Shown here: piece by piece, positions 18,037-29,500 of the stretch | Position numbering within the stretch: position 1 is the first letter of the stretch | Layout of the letters: every line of letters starts with the position of its first letter | Source of the DNA: Candidatus Cloacimonadales bacterium | GTDB taxonomy: Bacteria > Cloacimonadota > Cloacimonadia > Cloacimonadales > JAFGVF01 | Direction: 5' to 3' | Assembly: GCA_963677495.2 (NCBI GenBank) | Contig: CAXXOU010000001.1 | Span: forward strand, 512,001 to 576,000 | Length of the DNA stretch: 64,000 nucleotides | Program-made: the position numbers and the translations under genes | Notes under the pieces: model-generated | What the model was told of the DNA's origin: nothing | What the model saw: only the letters and a program-made list of their open reading frames with translations | Databases searched by the model: none

Positions 18037-21000
18037 TTATTTCATCAGAACCATCTTCTTAGATGAAGAGTGGTCTTTTGTATCGAGTCTATAGAAATAG
18101 ATACCTGAAGCAACTGAAGTTCCTCTGTCTGTTGTTCCATCCCAAGTTACACTGTGGTTACCTGATGCCATTGAACTGTTAACGAGAGTTCTTACTTTCT
18201 GTCCCTTAAGGTTGAAGATTGTAAGTTGTACATCTCCCCTATCCTTAAGACTGAAACTGATGTTTGTTGTTGGGTTGAACGGATTTGGATAGTTGCCCTG
18301 AAGCTTTGTTACAACTAAAGGATTACCGTTTTCATCAACAGCTGTATCGAAATCAAGGTCTGCCATGAGTCTTGGTGTTAAGAAGTTACCATCAGTTCTC
18401 ACATTTGGAATACCGATAAGGTTACCCTGCTCTGCAGGAATTGGGATACCGATATAGTCTACATCATAGAAGTTTGTTCTCATGTTGTAGTTATCTGTGC
18501 CATCAGTAAACTCATAAACCATACCGTTTTCGAAGTTACCGGTAGCATTTGTGAATGTTACATTGTTAACAACAACAAGACGTGATTCATATGCTGAGTA
18601 GTTTGTTGTAAGTTCGCTGATTGTAACCTCTACAGGAGTTACTGTGTTTCCATTAGATGATGCAGCAACATCAACTGTTGGTACAAACTGCAATAAGCCG
18701 TTATATTCTGAGAGATATCCGGTTAACCCTGTGATACCATCACCAACAGCAAGATCGGCTGTAATTACGCCGTTATTGTCGTCTATGAGGATACCTGCAG
18801 TTGCATCCTGGATATATTTCTGTCCACGGAAATCCTGTAAGTAGGTTATTACAACTTCACCTGTTACTTCAAACTCGTTAGTTGCACCAACGTGTGTGCG
18901 AAGTGTTGCAAGGTCAGCAACCTGTTGAAGTCCACTGTTCTCACTGTTTTCAGCACCCGGTGTACCACCTTCAACTGCACTTGCCTGCCAACTTGTTGGA
19001 AGATCATTGTCCATTGCAGGATCGATAAGCTCGAGTGATGGACCTGTACCGTCTGCTTGTGCAGGCCAGCCATCGGTATCTGAATATGATACTGAGTCTA
19101 CGAGAGTCATTGAGCTGTTATAGATATAGATAGTCTCACCACTGTTACCAAGGTTCCATGTGCAAACATCCAAAGCATCAAAATCAGCTGTGAATGGGAA
19201 TGGAACTGCATCTTGATCGTGGTCGATAGCAATAGTGTAATATCCGTTTGCAGGGATAGTCTGACTTGCAGGGATTACTAAGAGGTCATGATCAGGATTA
19301 CCATCAAGTAATGACCAACCACTGATATCAACATCTACATCAGTTGTGTTATAAAGCTCAACCCACTCGTTGTCATAGCTTGTTGAGTTATACATGATTT
19401 CGTTGAAGATAACATCAGGAGCAGGTGTATCATCGATAACCATATCCCAATCAAGGTTAGCTTCCTGTTCTGCTACAATATTAATTACAGATGTTTGGGC
19501 ATAGTAACCACCGGCCATACATGAGAATGTATAGTCACCTTCAAGAATGTTCTCGATTAAGTAAGAACCGTCAGCACCTGAAGTAGCTGAGTAGTTTCCA
19601 CTTTGGATAATTGCATTCTGGATTGGGTTACCTGTAGCAACTTCAGTAACAAGACCACTAAGAGAACCGAATACGTTTCCACTTGATGGTGTGAAGTCTG
19701 CTAAGCTACGTGCACAAATCTGTAATGTACCATTATATTCGAAAGCAATAGCAACAATATCCATTGGAGCTGTTGGAATAGCTGTATCTATATAATCAGC
19801 ATCAAAGAATTGAGTTCTGAATGTACATGAACCTGAACCATCAGAAACATTATAGTTTGAACCTGTTGCAAATGTAGAACCTGCATCGTCGAAGAGAACG
19901 TTGTTAACAACAACAAGTTCAGCTTCGTATGCTTCGAAGTTAGCATTGAACTCAGCAAGAGTTACTGCTACAGGAGTGATAGTGTTACCAGAAGATGCAG
20001 GAGCACCCGGATCTAATGTTGGCAAGAACTGAGTAAGTCCATTGTATGATGAAACATTTCCTGTAAGACTAGTGATTTCATCTCCAATAGCGTAAGGTGA
20101 TGCAATAACACCATTGTTATCATCAATAAGAATACCACCTGTAGCATCCTGGATGTACTTCTGGTTCCTATATGTTTGCGCAAAGCTTACATAAGCGGAG
20201 CCTGTAAATTCATAGATTGTATCGTCCTGGTTACCAAGTCTGAGTTCAGCAATTGTAGCAACCTGAACGATAGTTGGGTAGTTATATAAAGCAGAAGCTA
20301 TGATGCTTGGATTCATATCAGTAGCATATGCTCTTGCTCTAATTGTTGTAGTATCTGTGATATTGATTGGAGCTGTATATTGTGTACTAGATTCACTTGG
20401 CTCTGAACCATCAAGTGTATAATAAATAGTAGCACCATCAGTAGCACATGAGATTGTTACATCAACAGGGTCAGTGAAGATACCTGCACCCGGATCGAAT
20501 GTAGGCATAGCACATGTAGGTTCACCTGAACCGCCTGTGAAAGTATGCATACCGATATCGTCGAAGTAGTTAGCAGGCATAACAATCCACTGTGAATCGT
20601 CAGCGTTAGTTCCAGCACTTGCAGCCCAGTTATCAGTACCTTCACCTACATCAGCTTTTCTGATGAGAGTATGGTTTGCAGTTCCAGGATCTTCACCGGC
20701 AACCGGCCATGCAGCACCGGGATCTTCACCCTGTAGACCAATAACGTCGATGAGAACACCATTATGGAAAAGACCAAGGGCATCGTCACCATTATAGAAA
20801 GTTACATTACTTGTAACATCAGCTTCAGCAAGGATTGTAGGGTCAGAAGCACTATTAGCAATAACGAACACATCGTTATGAGCAAGCATAGTGTCACCTG
20901 TGTAGGTGTTGTTCCAGTCTCCACCGTTAGAAGCTAGTTTTACTTCATATTCAGAGAGATCGACATCAGCACCTGTACCATTGAAGATCTCGATAACTTT

Positions 21001-22974
21001 ATTGTTACCACCGTCACCTTCAACATATTCTGAGAAGAAGAGACCTGATGCAAATGTTTCGTTGCCACTTCCACCGTTAAGTTCTTCATAATAAGCAACC
21101 TGATTCTCACCAACAGCGATCATGAAGTCTGAAGTACCTGCAAGATAAGTCATGCGTACCGGATTAAAAGTAGTAGCAGGTAAAGATTCCTGAGACCAGC
21201 TCTGGCCATTATTAGAAGATTTCAAGATAGCCCAATCAGTTCCATAGTTACCTGCAACAGAGCTGTAACCTGCAACATAGATATCACCATCATCAGTAAC
21301 AAACATGTGATTCATCTCATCAGTAGCAGATTCAGTAGAAGTCATCCAATCAGAAGCTGTAGCTCCACCATTTGATGTATAGTAGATTGTACCTGCATCA
21401 GTAGTGAAAACACCTTCATCGTTGTTTAAGAAGAGGATATCTTTAATATCATCTGACCCAACAGTGATAGAAGTCCAGTTTGCACCACCATCTGTTGTTT
21501 TATAGATAACACCATTCTGTCCACCGAGAAGGATATTGTTTTCATCAAAAATATGGGAAGCATAAAGCTTTGTAGAACTGTTAATGCCACCATTACCAAG
21601 AACTGTCCAGTTAGCACCACCATCTGTTGTTTTAACATTAAGGTTACCCGGACCAAAAGCAAAGCCTACCATATCGCTGATGAATTCAATATTGTAGTAG
21701 CCCAATGTGCTTGAAACACCGGCTATTTGGTTAGGATTCCAACTGTTTCCACCATCAGTTGTATGATAGATAACACCGTCAGTTCTACCTGACACCCAAC
21801 CTTCCATAGCATCTTTGAAATAGCATGAATAGAAAGTTCTGAGTGTAGTCCCAGCCATTGCAGGAACGTATTTTCTATCAATTGTTGTTCCACCGTCAGT
21901 TGTAGCTAAAACAAGACCTTTATCTCCAACAGAGAACCAAGTGTCCTCATCGAGAATAGACATTGAGTATAGATCTACAGCTGTAGTTGATAATTCATTC
22001 CAATTTGTTCCATTAGATGAGCGGATAATTGAACCATACCAGCCAACAGCTACAAAGTCACCGTTCTCATCATACTTTATGTTTTGTAGATGATAGTTAT
22101 AATCATCGTCTAAGATTTGAGTTGAAGCCCAGGAATCATTAGTGTAAACAATTGTACCTTTCCAGCCAACTGCATAACCTTCAGAACCATTCATAACAGC
22201 ATCATACATTCTTGGTTCTTCTGAACCACCGGCTGTTGGATGATGTATCCAGTTCTGACCGTTATCTGTGCTATAACCAACATAACCGTCATCTCCAAGT
22301 AAGATAACATTGTTACCATCTTGTTTAACGTTATAGAGAGTAGGGTTACCTGTGATTGTGAGGTTAACAACCTGCCAGTTAGTACCAAAGTCAGTTGTTT
22401 TAAGGACTTTTGATTGGTCTGGAGATCCATTATTACATGTAATAAAACCTGTACCGGAACCTTCCATAGAGATGCCATATAACCAATCAGTTATGCCTGA
22501 AGTTTGAGCAACCCAGTTTTGTCCATGGTCGCTTGAATATACGATATATCCATCGTCACCACAAGCCCAAATTTTACCATCAATGTGGTAAACAACACTC
22601 TCAAGATCTACGCCATTTACAAGGGAAACAACCTGAGTTGCAGAGGTCCAGTTTTGACCACCATCTGTAGTGAGCATGAGTAAACCATCTTCACCAACAA
22701 CAACACCGTTCATATTATCGATGAAATCCATATCGTTTCCATCAATGTATGTACCTGCTGTTTCGTTATAAAGTGGAGATGGCAGGAACTGTAAAGTCGC
22801 ACCATTGTCATCTGAGTATCCCAAAGCTCCATCAGAGCCGGAGAACCACATTTCATTACCAATTATCTCTAGACTATAAATGTTAGCAGGGAAATCTGCC
22901 TGTCTGACAAGATCCCATGCAAACATTGAAGACAAGAGAGTTAACACAAAAACTAACACAATAAATCGTTTCAT
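18037..22974 (-). CDS. Secreted multidomain protein: YCF48/BNR beta-propellers, two lamin-tail domains, CHB_HEX_C-like, DUF5689-like OB folds, carboxypeptidase-regulatory-like domain, FlgD-Ig CTD
   Basis: Repeated 'TTDGG.NW' Asp-boxes; 'LFFSEYVEG..NNKVIEIFN' and 'VIFNEIMYN..EWVELYN' (LTD); 'TIYYTLDGSEP'; 'YIQDATGGILI'; CTD. Start taken at MKRFIV (GGAGG RBS). Confidence 0.85.
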   Translation of the reverse strand: MKRFIVLVFVLTLLSSMFAWDLVRQADFPANIYSLEIIGNEMWFSGSDGALGYSDDNGATLQFLPSPLYNETAGTYIDGNDMDFIDNMNGVVVGEDGLLMLTTDGGQNWTSATQVVSLVNGVDLESVVYHIDGKIWACGDDGYIVYSSDHGQNWVAQTSGITDWLYGISMEGSGTGFITCNNGSPDQSKVLKTTDFGTNWQVVNLTITGNPTLYNVKQDGNNVILLGDDGYVGYSTDNGQNWIHHPTAGGSEEPRMYDAVMNGSEGYAVGWKGTIVYTNDSWASTQILDDDYNYHLQNIKYDENGDFVAVGWYGSIIRSSNGTNWNELSTTAVDLYSMSILDEDTWFSVGDKGLVLATTDGGTTIDRKYVPAMAGTTLRTFYSCYFKDAMEGWVSGRTDGVIYHTTDGGNSWNPNQIAGVSSTLGYYNIEFISDMVGFAFGPGNLNVKTTDGGANWTVLGNGGINSSTKLYASHIFDENNILLGGQNGVIYKTTDGGANWTSITVGSDDIKDILFLNNDEGVFTTDAGTIYYTSNGGATASDWMTSTESATDEMNHMFVTDDGDIYVAGYSSVAGNYGTDWAILKSSNNGQSWSQESLPATTFNPVRMTYLAGTSDFMIAVGENQVAYYEELNGGSGNETFASGLFFSEYVEGDGGNNKVIEIFNGTGADVDLSEYEVKLASNGGDWNNTYTGDTMLAHNDVFVIANSASDPTILAEADVTSNVTFYNGDDALGLFHNGVLIDVIGLQGEDPGAAWPVAGEDPGTANHTLIRKADVGEGTDNWAASAGTNADDSQWIVMPANYFDDIGMHTFTGGSGEPTCAMPTFDPGAGIFTDPVDVTISCATDGATIYYTLDGSEPSESSTQYTAPINITDTTTIRARAYATDMNPSIIASALYNYPTIVQVATIAELRLGNQDDTIYEFTGSAYVSFAQTYRNQKYIQDATGGILIDDNNGVIASPYAIGDEITSLTGNVSSYNGLTQFLPTLDPGAPASSGNTITPVAVTLAEFNANFEAYEAELVVVNNVLFDDAGSTFATGSNYNVSDGSGSCTFRTQFFDADYIDTAIPTAPMDIVAIAFEYNGTLQICARSLADFTPSSGNVFGSLSGLVTEVATGNPIQNAIIQSGNYSATSGADGSYLIENILEGDYTFSCMAGGYYAQTSVINIVAEQEANLDWDMVIDDTPAPDVIFNEIMYNSTSYDNEWVELYNTTDVDVDISGWSLLDGNPDHDLLVIPASQTIPANGYYTIAIDHDQDAVPFPFTADFDALDVCTWNLGNSGETIYIYNSSMTLVDSVSYSDTDGWPAQADGTGPSLELIDPAMDNDLPTSWQASAVEGGTPGAENSENSGLQQVADLATLRTHVGATNEFEVTGEVVITYLQDFRGQKYIQDATAGILIDDNNGVITADLAVGDGITGLTGYLSEYNGLLQFVPTVDVAASSNGNTVTPVEVTISELTTNYSAYESRLVVVNNVTFTNATGNFENGMVYEFTDGTDNYNMRTNFYDVDYIGIPIPAEQGNLIGIPNVRTDGNFLTPRLMADLDFDTAVDENGNPLVVTKLQGNYPNPFNPTTNISFSLKDRGDVQLTIFNLKGQKVRTLVNSSMASGNHSVTWDGTTDRGTSVASGIYFYRLDTKDHSSSKKMVLMK

Positions 22975-23263
22975 TAGTGCCTCCATATGTTTTCTTTTAT
23001 ATATGTTCGCAACACTCAATAATATAACGAACGCTAAAAGTGCAAGTAAAAAAATAAAAGAAGATTGGATTTAACCCCATTTTAACTAGCAATAGTTCAA
23101 TATCAAGTACGGTTTTACCTTGTTTCAAGACCATCAGTAGTACTCATTGAACTACAAATCGGTTTATACTCATACTTGTATATTAACTTTCAAGAATATG
23201 AATCAATGTTTGATATTAACCCTTCACGACTGTGCTAACTTTTGTATACCTCTTCCTATTTTT

Positions 23264-23346
23264 ACCACGCATTTTCCACGGGTAAACCACGCCTAAACCA
23301 CTGGAGCCGTGGTCAACCCGTGGTTTACCCGTGGTTTACCCGTGGT
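23264..23346. repeat. Convergent 11-bp-period array (4x CCAC then 4x GTGG)
   Basis: CCAC at 23265/23276/23287/23298 and GTGG at 23309/23320/23331/23342. Confidence 0.9.
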
Positions 23347-23436
23347 CGGGTTTGCCACATCTATCACAATGTTCTATACTATTTTGTGAGTTAATATAGG
23401 CAAAAGAATTACGTTAATTGTGATTAATTTTAGCAA

Positions 23437-23463
23437 TAAAAAAAGCCCCTCATACGAGGGGCA
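23437..23463 (-). terminator. Terminator of the pil operon
   Basis: A-tract plus gccctc-atac-gagggc hairpin after the pilC stop. Confidence 0.65.
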
Positions 23464-23485
23464 ATATATTTGGTTGTACGTTCTC

Positions 23486-24739
23486 TTATTTGAGACCCTG
23501 TGACATAGCTTGACCGAGGTCGAACACAGGAAGATAAACAACAATAACCAACGTTCCCACAACAGCAGCCATAAGCACAATAAGCAATGGCTCGATAAGG
23601 GAAGTAAGTCTTTCGATAACTGAGTCAACTAACTTATCGTAGAATTCAGCAGCTTTCTTAAGAAGTTTATCCATGTCACCGGTTTCTTCACCGGTAGCAG
23701 TGAGCTGTAAGAGAGTTGGAGGGAATACACCGGTTTTTCTAAAAGCACCGGCAACACTATAACCTTCCTTAACCATGATTCTAGAACGGCGGACCGCAGA
23801 TTCAACCACAGCATTCTGTACAACGTTTTCTGTTAATTCAAGCACTTCCATAATTGGAACACCGGCAGTCATCAGAATAGAGAAAGTTCTAGCGAACTTA
23901 CTCATAATACTGTTTGTAAGCAGGTTACCAATAACAGGAATTTTAAGGAGCATCGAGTCAATTATATACCTTCCACGGTCAGTAAGACTGACAATGAATA
24001 CACCAACAACAACACCAACGATCATAAGAATTGAGATAAAAATATTTCCACGTATCCAGTCAGAAATATTAATAGCCACAACCGTAGGACCAGGTAATGA
24101 AGCGTTAAAGTTAGCATAAACTTCAGCGAATTTAGGAATAATCCAAACGAACATACCCCATGCAACTAAGAAGAGGAAAATAACGATGAAGATAGGATAA
24201 GTCATAGCTGACATAACCTTAGTTCTTGTATCTTCCATTTTCTCATAATAATCAGCGAGTTCAGAAAGAATAGTATGAAGTGTACCGGAAACCTCACCAG
24301 CTTTAACCAATGATACGAAAAGCGGTTGGAAAACACCGGGGTGTTGTTCCATAGCTTCAGAAAGGGAGAAACCTTTCTTAATATCATCAGAAATCTTATG
24401 GAGGCATTTCTTAAACTTCTTATTCTTTTCCTCTTTCTCAAGGTCTTGTATAGATTTCTCAATGGTAAGACCTGCTGATATCATTGTTGATAACTGTCGA
24501 GTAAAGAAAACAATAGTTTTAAGAGAGACGCCGGTTTTCCATTTATAGAAAGTCAGCATCAATTTATCAAACATAGAAAGTTTACCTTTAAAAGCACCTT
24601 CAGAGGCACTCTTAATAGTAATAATAGTACTACCTTCTTTGCTTAATTTATCAACTGCTTCGTCCATGGTGTTAGCTTTAATCACACCTTCGGTGCGAGC
24701 TCCCTTGGCATCTTTTATAGTATATTGAAATGCAGGCAT
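23486..24739 (-). CDS. pilC: Type IV pilus inner-membrane platform protein PilC (T2SS F family)
   Basis: 'FTRQLSTMISAGL', 'AGEVSGTL', 'AMTYP', 'TGEETGDMD', 'LIEP'. Confidence 0.95.
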   Translation of the reverse strand: MPAFQYTIKDAKGARTEGVIKANTMDEAVDKLSKEGSTIITIKSASEGAFKGKLSMFDKLMLTFYKWKTGVSLKTIVFFTRQLSTMISAGLTIEKSIQDLEKEEKNKKFKKCLHKISDDIKKGFSLSEAMEQHPGVFQPLFVSLVKAGEVSGTLHTILSELADYYEKMEDTRTKVMSAMTYPIFIVIFLFLVAWGMFVWIIPKFAEVYANFNASLPGPTVVAINISDWIRGNIFISILMIVGVVVGVFIVSLTDRGRYIIDSMLLKIPVIGNLLTNSIMSKFARTFSILMTAGVPIMEVLELTENVVQNAVVESAVRRSRIMVKEGYSVAGAFRKTGVFPPTLLQLTATGEETGDMDKLLKKAAEFYDKLVDSVIERLTSLIEPLLIVLMAAVVGTLVIVVYLPVFDLGQAMSQGLK

Positions 24740-24757
24740 AATCTTACCTTTTCTTTA

Positions 24758-26467
24758 TTAATCATCAATAACTGTCATCTTGATTACTTCGCGGATTGTA
24801 GTAATACCACGTTTCATCTTGCTGATGGCAGCATCATGAAGTGTTCTCATACCATTTTCGATAGCTTTATCTCTAATCTGGTCCTGACTAGCTTCATCAA
24901 AGATGAGCTGGCGAATTTCAGTATCAACTTTAAGAAGTTCAAAAATACCTGTACGTCCAGCATAACCAGTGTTGTCACAATGTACACAACCAGCACCGAT
25001 TCTGAAATTATAATCAGTAAGGTCTTCACCTTCTAAACCTGCTTCGATAAGCTCTTGCTCTGTTGGAGTATATTCTGTTCCACAATGTGAACAGATTTTT
25101 CTAACAAGTCTCTGAGCCATAACGAGAGCCAAAGATGAACCAACCAAAAATGGTTTAATACCAATGTCAATCAAACGAGTCACAGTTGCAGGTGCATCAT
25201 TAGCATGCAATGTTGAGAAAACAAGGTGACCAGTTAGTGAGAACTTAATAGCGATATCAGCAGTTTCTTGGTCACGAATCTCACCAAGAAGAACTATATC
25301 AGGGTCCTGACGCATCACAGATCTAAGAGCAGCACCGAAGGTCAAACCAATCTGAGCTTTAGTCTCAATCTGACACACACCTTCAAGACGATATTCAACA
25401 GGATCTTCAACAGTAACAATGTTGTTTTCTATTGAGTAGATAGTCTTCAAAGCTGCGTGAAGTGATGTAGATTTACCACTACCGGTAGGACCGGAAACAA
25501 TGATAATTCCATAAGGTCGTTTGATAACTCTTTTGAAGATTTTCATATCTTCTTCTTCGAAACCAAGAGTGGTAAGTTTGAAACCAAAATCACCTTTATC
25601 AAGAAGACGCATAACCACTTTTTCACCTAGCACTGTAGGAGTAAGTGATACACGAACGTCCATACTCTTCATTTGAGTTTTAAGAGAAATCTGACCATCC
25701 TGAGGAAGTCTTCTTTCTGCAATATTAAGTTTTGACATAACCTTAATCAGTGAAACGATACCGGAATGCATTCCCACAGGTGGATTCATAACTTCTCTAA
25801 GAGAACCGTCAATACGGAAACGAACACGAGTATGTTTAGTCATCGGTTCGATATGAATATCAGTAGCACCTGATTTAATAGCTTCAGTGAAGATCAAGTT
25901 AGTCAGCTTAACAACAGGAGCATCAGCTTCCTTGTTGCCTTCAATTGTAATTTCATTCTCGTCATCATCAACTTGAACAAAATCAAAACTTCCAACAGCA
26001 CTTTCAACTTCAGTAGTTGTACGAATACTCTTATAATACTTTTCTAAAGCATCATTAAGAGTTGAATCACCAATAAGAATAGGCTTAATATTCTTTCCGG
26101 TAACTTTCTTCAAGCTATCAAGAACTTCAATATCTTCCGGATCAGTCATGGCAACAATCAAACCATCCGGATCTTCTCTGAAAGCTAAAACTCTTTTTTC
26201 GTAAGCAAACGCTTCCGGAACAAGGCCAACAGTTTTCACATCAAGCTCAAGTAGAAGATTTTCATCAACTACAGGATATTGAAGCTGTTGACTAAGAGCT
26301 TTCATCAGTTCAGATTCTTTAATGTATCCGAGTTTGATTAAAGTTTCACCAATTTTGAGTCCAAAATTATTCTGCTTTATAAGGGCTTCTTTGAGTTCCT
26401 CATCTGTAATTGCCTGATTGTGAATAAGAACTTCACCTAATCGAGCAAATTCTGGATTAAAAGCCAT
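24758..26467 (-). CDS. pilB: Type IV pilus assembly ATPase PilB
   Basis: N-terminal 'RLGEVL...KIGETLIKLG' MshEN-like region; 'GPTGSGKS', 'TVEDPVE', 'RQDPDIVLLGEIRD', tetracysteine motif. Confidence 0.95.
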   Translation of the reverse strand: MAFNPEFARLGEVLIHNQAITDEELKEALIKQNNFGLKIGETLIKLGYIKESELMKALSQQLQYPVVDENLLLELDVKTVGLVPEAFAYEKRVLAFREDPDGLIVAMTDPEDIEVLDSLKKVTGKNIKPILIGDSTLNDALEKYYKSIRTTTEVESAVGSFDFVQVDDDENEITIEGNKEADAPVVKLTNLIFTEAIKSGATDIHIEPMTKHTRVRFRIDGSLREVMNPPVGMHSGIVSLIKVMSKLNIAERRLPQDGQISLKTQMKSMDVRVSLTPTVLGEKVVMRLLDKGDFGFKLTTLGFEEEDMKIFKRVIKRPYGIIIVSGPTGSGKSTSLHAALKTIYSIENNIVTVEDPVEYRLEGVCQIETKAQIGLTFGAALRSVMRQDPDIVLLGEIRDQETADIAIKFSLTGHLVFSTLHANDAPATVTRLIDIGIKPFLVGSSLALVMAQRLVRKICSHCGTEYTPTEQELIEAGLEGEDLTDYNFRIGAGCVHCDNTGYAGRTGIFELLKVDTEIRQLIFDEASQDQIRDKAIENGMRTLHDAAISKMKRGITTIREVIKMTVIDD

Positions 26468-26485
26468 ATTACATTCCTTTTATAA

Positions 26486-26511
26486 GTCCGGGTAGGTTTC
26501 CCTACCCGGAA
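26486..26511. terminator. Intercistronic hairpin before pilB
   Basis: tccgggtagg-tttc-cctacccgga. Confidence 0.5.
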
Positions 26512-26521
26512 TGATTATTTA

Positions 26522-29500
26522 TTAGTTAGGTAACATTACATCTATACTATAGTTGTAAACCATTACCTGAGCTGTTGTTGTTGCAGCTGTACCGAGTAAA
26601 CGGAAGTTAAGCTGAGCAGGAGTCTGACCAGGAGTCGCAGTCTGAGGGTCATAAGGTCTAATTTCATAGCAATTAAGAGCCCACCAGAAAATTGAAACAC
26701 CTTGTTCAAGGTCACCATCCTGGTTAAACCAGAATGTAGTTTCATAAACATCTGAACCTTGGTTAGCTGTTTCATTGATTCCAACAAATGAATCAAGGGT
26801 TTTAGGACCGTAATCAGGACCATCCCAATCATCACCTGAGTCTGACTGTACTTCAACGTTCACAAATACACCTCTATCGGCAGATGCTGAAACAAAAGCA
26901 CCATTTACAGGGTTACCCTGACCGTCAGAGATTTTAACTTTACATAATGTAGCAACTGATTGCCACTGATAACCTGTTCCGTCTGCATTCTGAGGCCAGA
27001 ATTCAAGTTCACCAGGCATTGCAACTGCTTCCATTTGAGGAGCATTCAATGGTAAAGGAAGTGTATTTTGTCCAGAAACAATCTCACCACCGGCACCAAC
27101 AGTATTTGCAATGATAGTTATATCATCAAATGTGTTAGAACCATGATAAGTAACTGTTGTAAATGCAACACCAGCTAATGAGTCTTCTTCAGAACTTTCA
27201 TTACCTACGAAAGCTTCCGCAATAATACTTGCATCAACAAAAGCAGGTCTGTCAAGTTCGAACCATACACTGGTACCATAATCTACAGGGTTACCCCATT
27301 CGTCTCTTACGTTAGCACCCGCGATGATTCTCCAGATACCACCACCCATCTCGTCACCAGTATCAAAGTCACCAATGAAAGGTTCAATGATTGATGGAGG
27401 ACCAGCATGGATAACAATATTAGATTTACGTGCATAAATAGCACCATCTAGAGCAGCTTCAGCATCTGAAGCATAAGTATTGTGGTTTGGTAATGTAGAC
27501 ACAAGTACACTAAGAATACCAGATTCTGAGCCTGCATTTACAGCTGCTTGAGCGATACCACCGCTTGAAGTAACTTCAACCGGATCATCATTCCAACCAA
27601 AGTTTTCATTGTTAAGGTTTGCTCCTTCTGGAACTTCTATGTTTCTTAACCAGAAGTACAATGTAGTTGGATTATTAAGCAAGTTACCATTGATGTCTCT
27701 TAAGTTCACACTAAGAATTGCAGATTCTTGTCCACCAGTACCGGCAACATTAATATCAATCTGGTTATCAGTAGTGAAATAGATAGAATATAAATCATCA
27801 GATGTTACTGTGAAAACATACTGAGCTTGTAATGTATCCTGATTTGCAGAGATTGTCATATTAGCAATACCTGATTCAAGACCTGGAGTAAAGAGAACTT
27901 TTGCAACACCATTTGCATCTGAATTCTTAATGATTTCTTCATCTTGAGATTCGAATGTACCAAGGTCTGTTAAGAATTTAACAGCAGCACTTGGGCACAT
28001 GTTGTTGTAAGCATCTTTAACTTTAGTTTGAATTTCAATATCAAACGGACTATTTACATGCCATGTGTCAGTTGTATCAACATAAACTTCTGAGTCATGT
28101 TCTTTAATAAATGAGCTAATCTCAAGAACTGCTGGGCGACCATTCTTCACAACAAAGTCATGAGAAGCAGACTGTACACCACTGATTGAAACAGAAAGTG
28201 AACCAACGTCTGATCTAAGACCAGTATTGAAGATTACAGAAGCTGTACCATTAGAAGTTGCTATTACAACAGCATTTCCTAATGCATTTTCTTCACTGTC
28301 TTCAAAGCTACCAAGTGTAGTTTCGAAAGTGATTAAAGTATTATCTGAAACTGGCTCACCATTAGTATAGTAAGCAGAAGCAGTAACAACTACTGTCTGA
28401 GCAACTCTGAATTCATCAGCAAGAGCACTAAGTGTAACACTGTCTACTGGAGGTACAGGAAGAATTTCAACCTGAACAGATTCCATAGACTCTGCAATAA
28501 TTACATCAGTATTAACTTCTGAATATGATCTAACAACAGCTTCGATTGTTGCAGTATTGTTTTCTGGATCATCTAAGTCAAGGTGACCATCATCCCAGAA
28601 AGATGTTGTTGCAACACCAGAGCTATCAGTTGTAATTTGACCAATAATTCTACCAACAGATGTTCTGAATTTAACTGGAACACCAGCGGCTGCGTAACCT
28701 TCATCATCTTCAACAACAACTCTAATATTAGAGAAAGTAATGTTGTTATCAGAATAGATTTCATCTGGAGTAGCAATTATGTCAGTAATTTGGTAAATTG
28801 ATGCAAGGCTTTCAATTGTGAAAGACTGGCTTTGTTGATAGTTACCAACTCTAATATAGATATTAGTTTCACCAGATTCGCTTCCTGTATTAAGATTAAG
28901 TTCAGCTGCACCATTGGTAGTAAGAACCATAACAGAGTCGCCTAAAGCGCCACCGGTTTCATTTTCAAAGAAACCTTTTTCTGTTCTGAAAGTTAATACT
29001 GTTCCATCTGGTACAAATTCACCTTGTGAATCTTTAGCAGTAACAGCTACATTAACAACGTCATTAACAAAAGGATTTGTTACAACTTCGTTGTTATTAT
29101 CTGGGTCAGAGATTACGATATCTATGTTAGATACATCTGGAACTTCAACGATTTTAACGTTAATGCTAGCTTCGTCAACGATAACAGCTGTTGTTTCATC
29201 ATCCACAGTAGGAGATGTAACATAAGCAGTTACAATTGCATCACCATGAGCATTATCATCGTAGAAAGTAGCGGTTGCTACACCATACTCATCAGTAGTA
29301 GAACTTGCAATAAGTTTACCAAGAGTTTTCTTAAAAAAGACTGTAGCACCAACTACTGGATCATTATCTTCATCTTCAACATAAACTGATATTTCTGCAA
29401 ATGTTCTTCCACCATCAAGATAAATTGAGTCTGCGGTAGTAGTAATTCGCACAATATTCATTACATTCGCGGGTTCATTTGAAGGTTCTACTGGAGAACG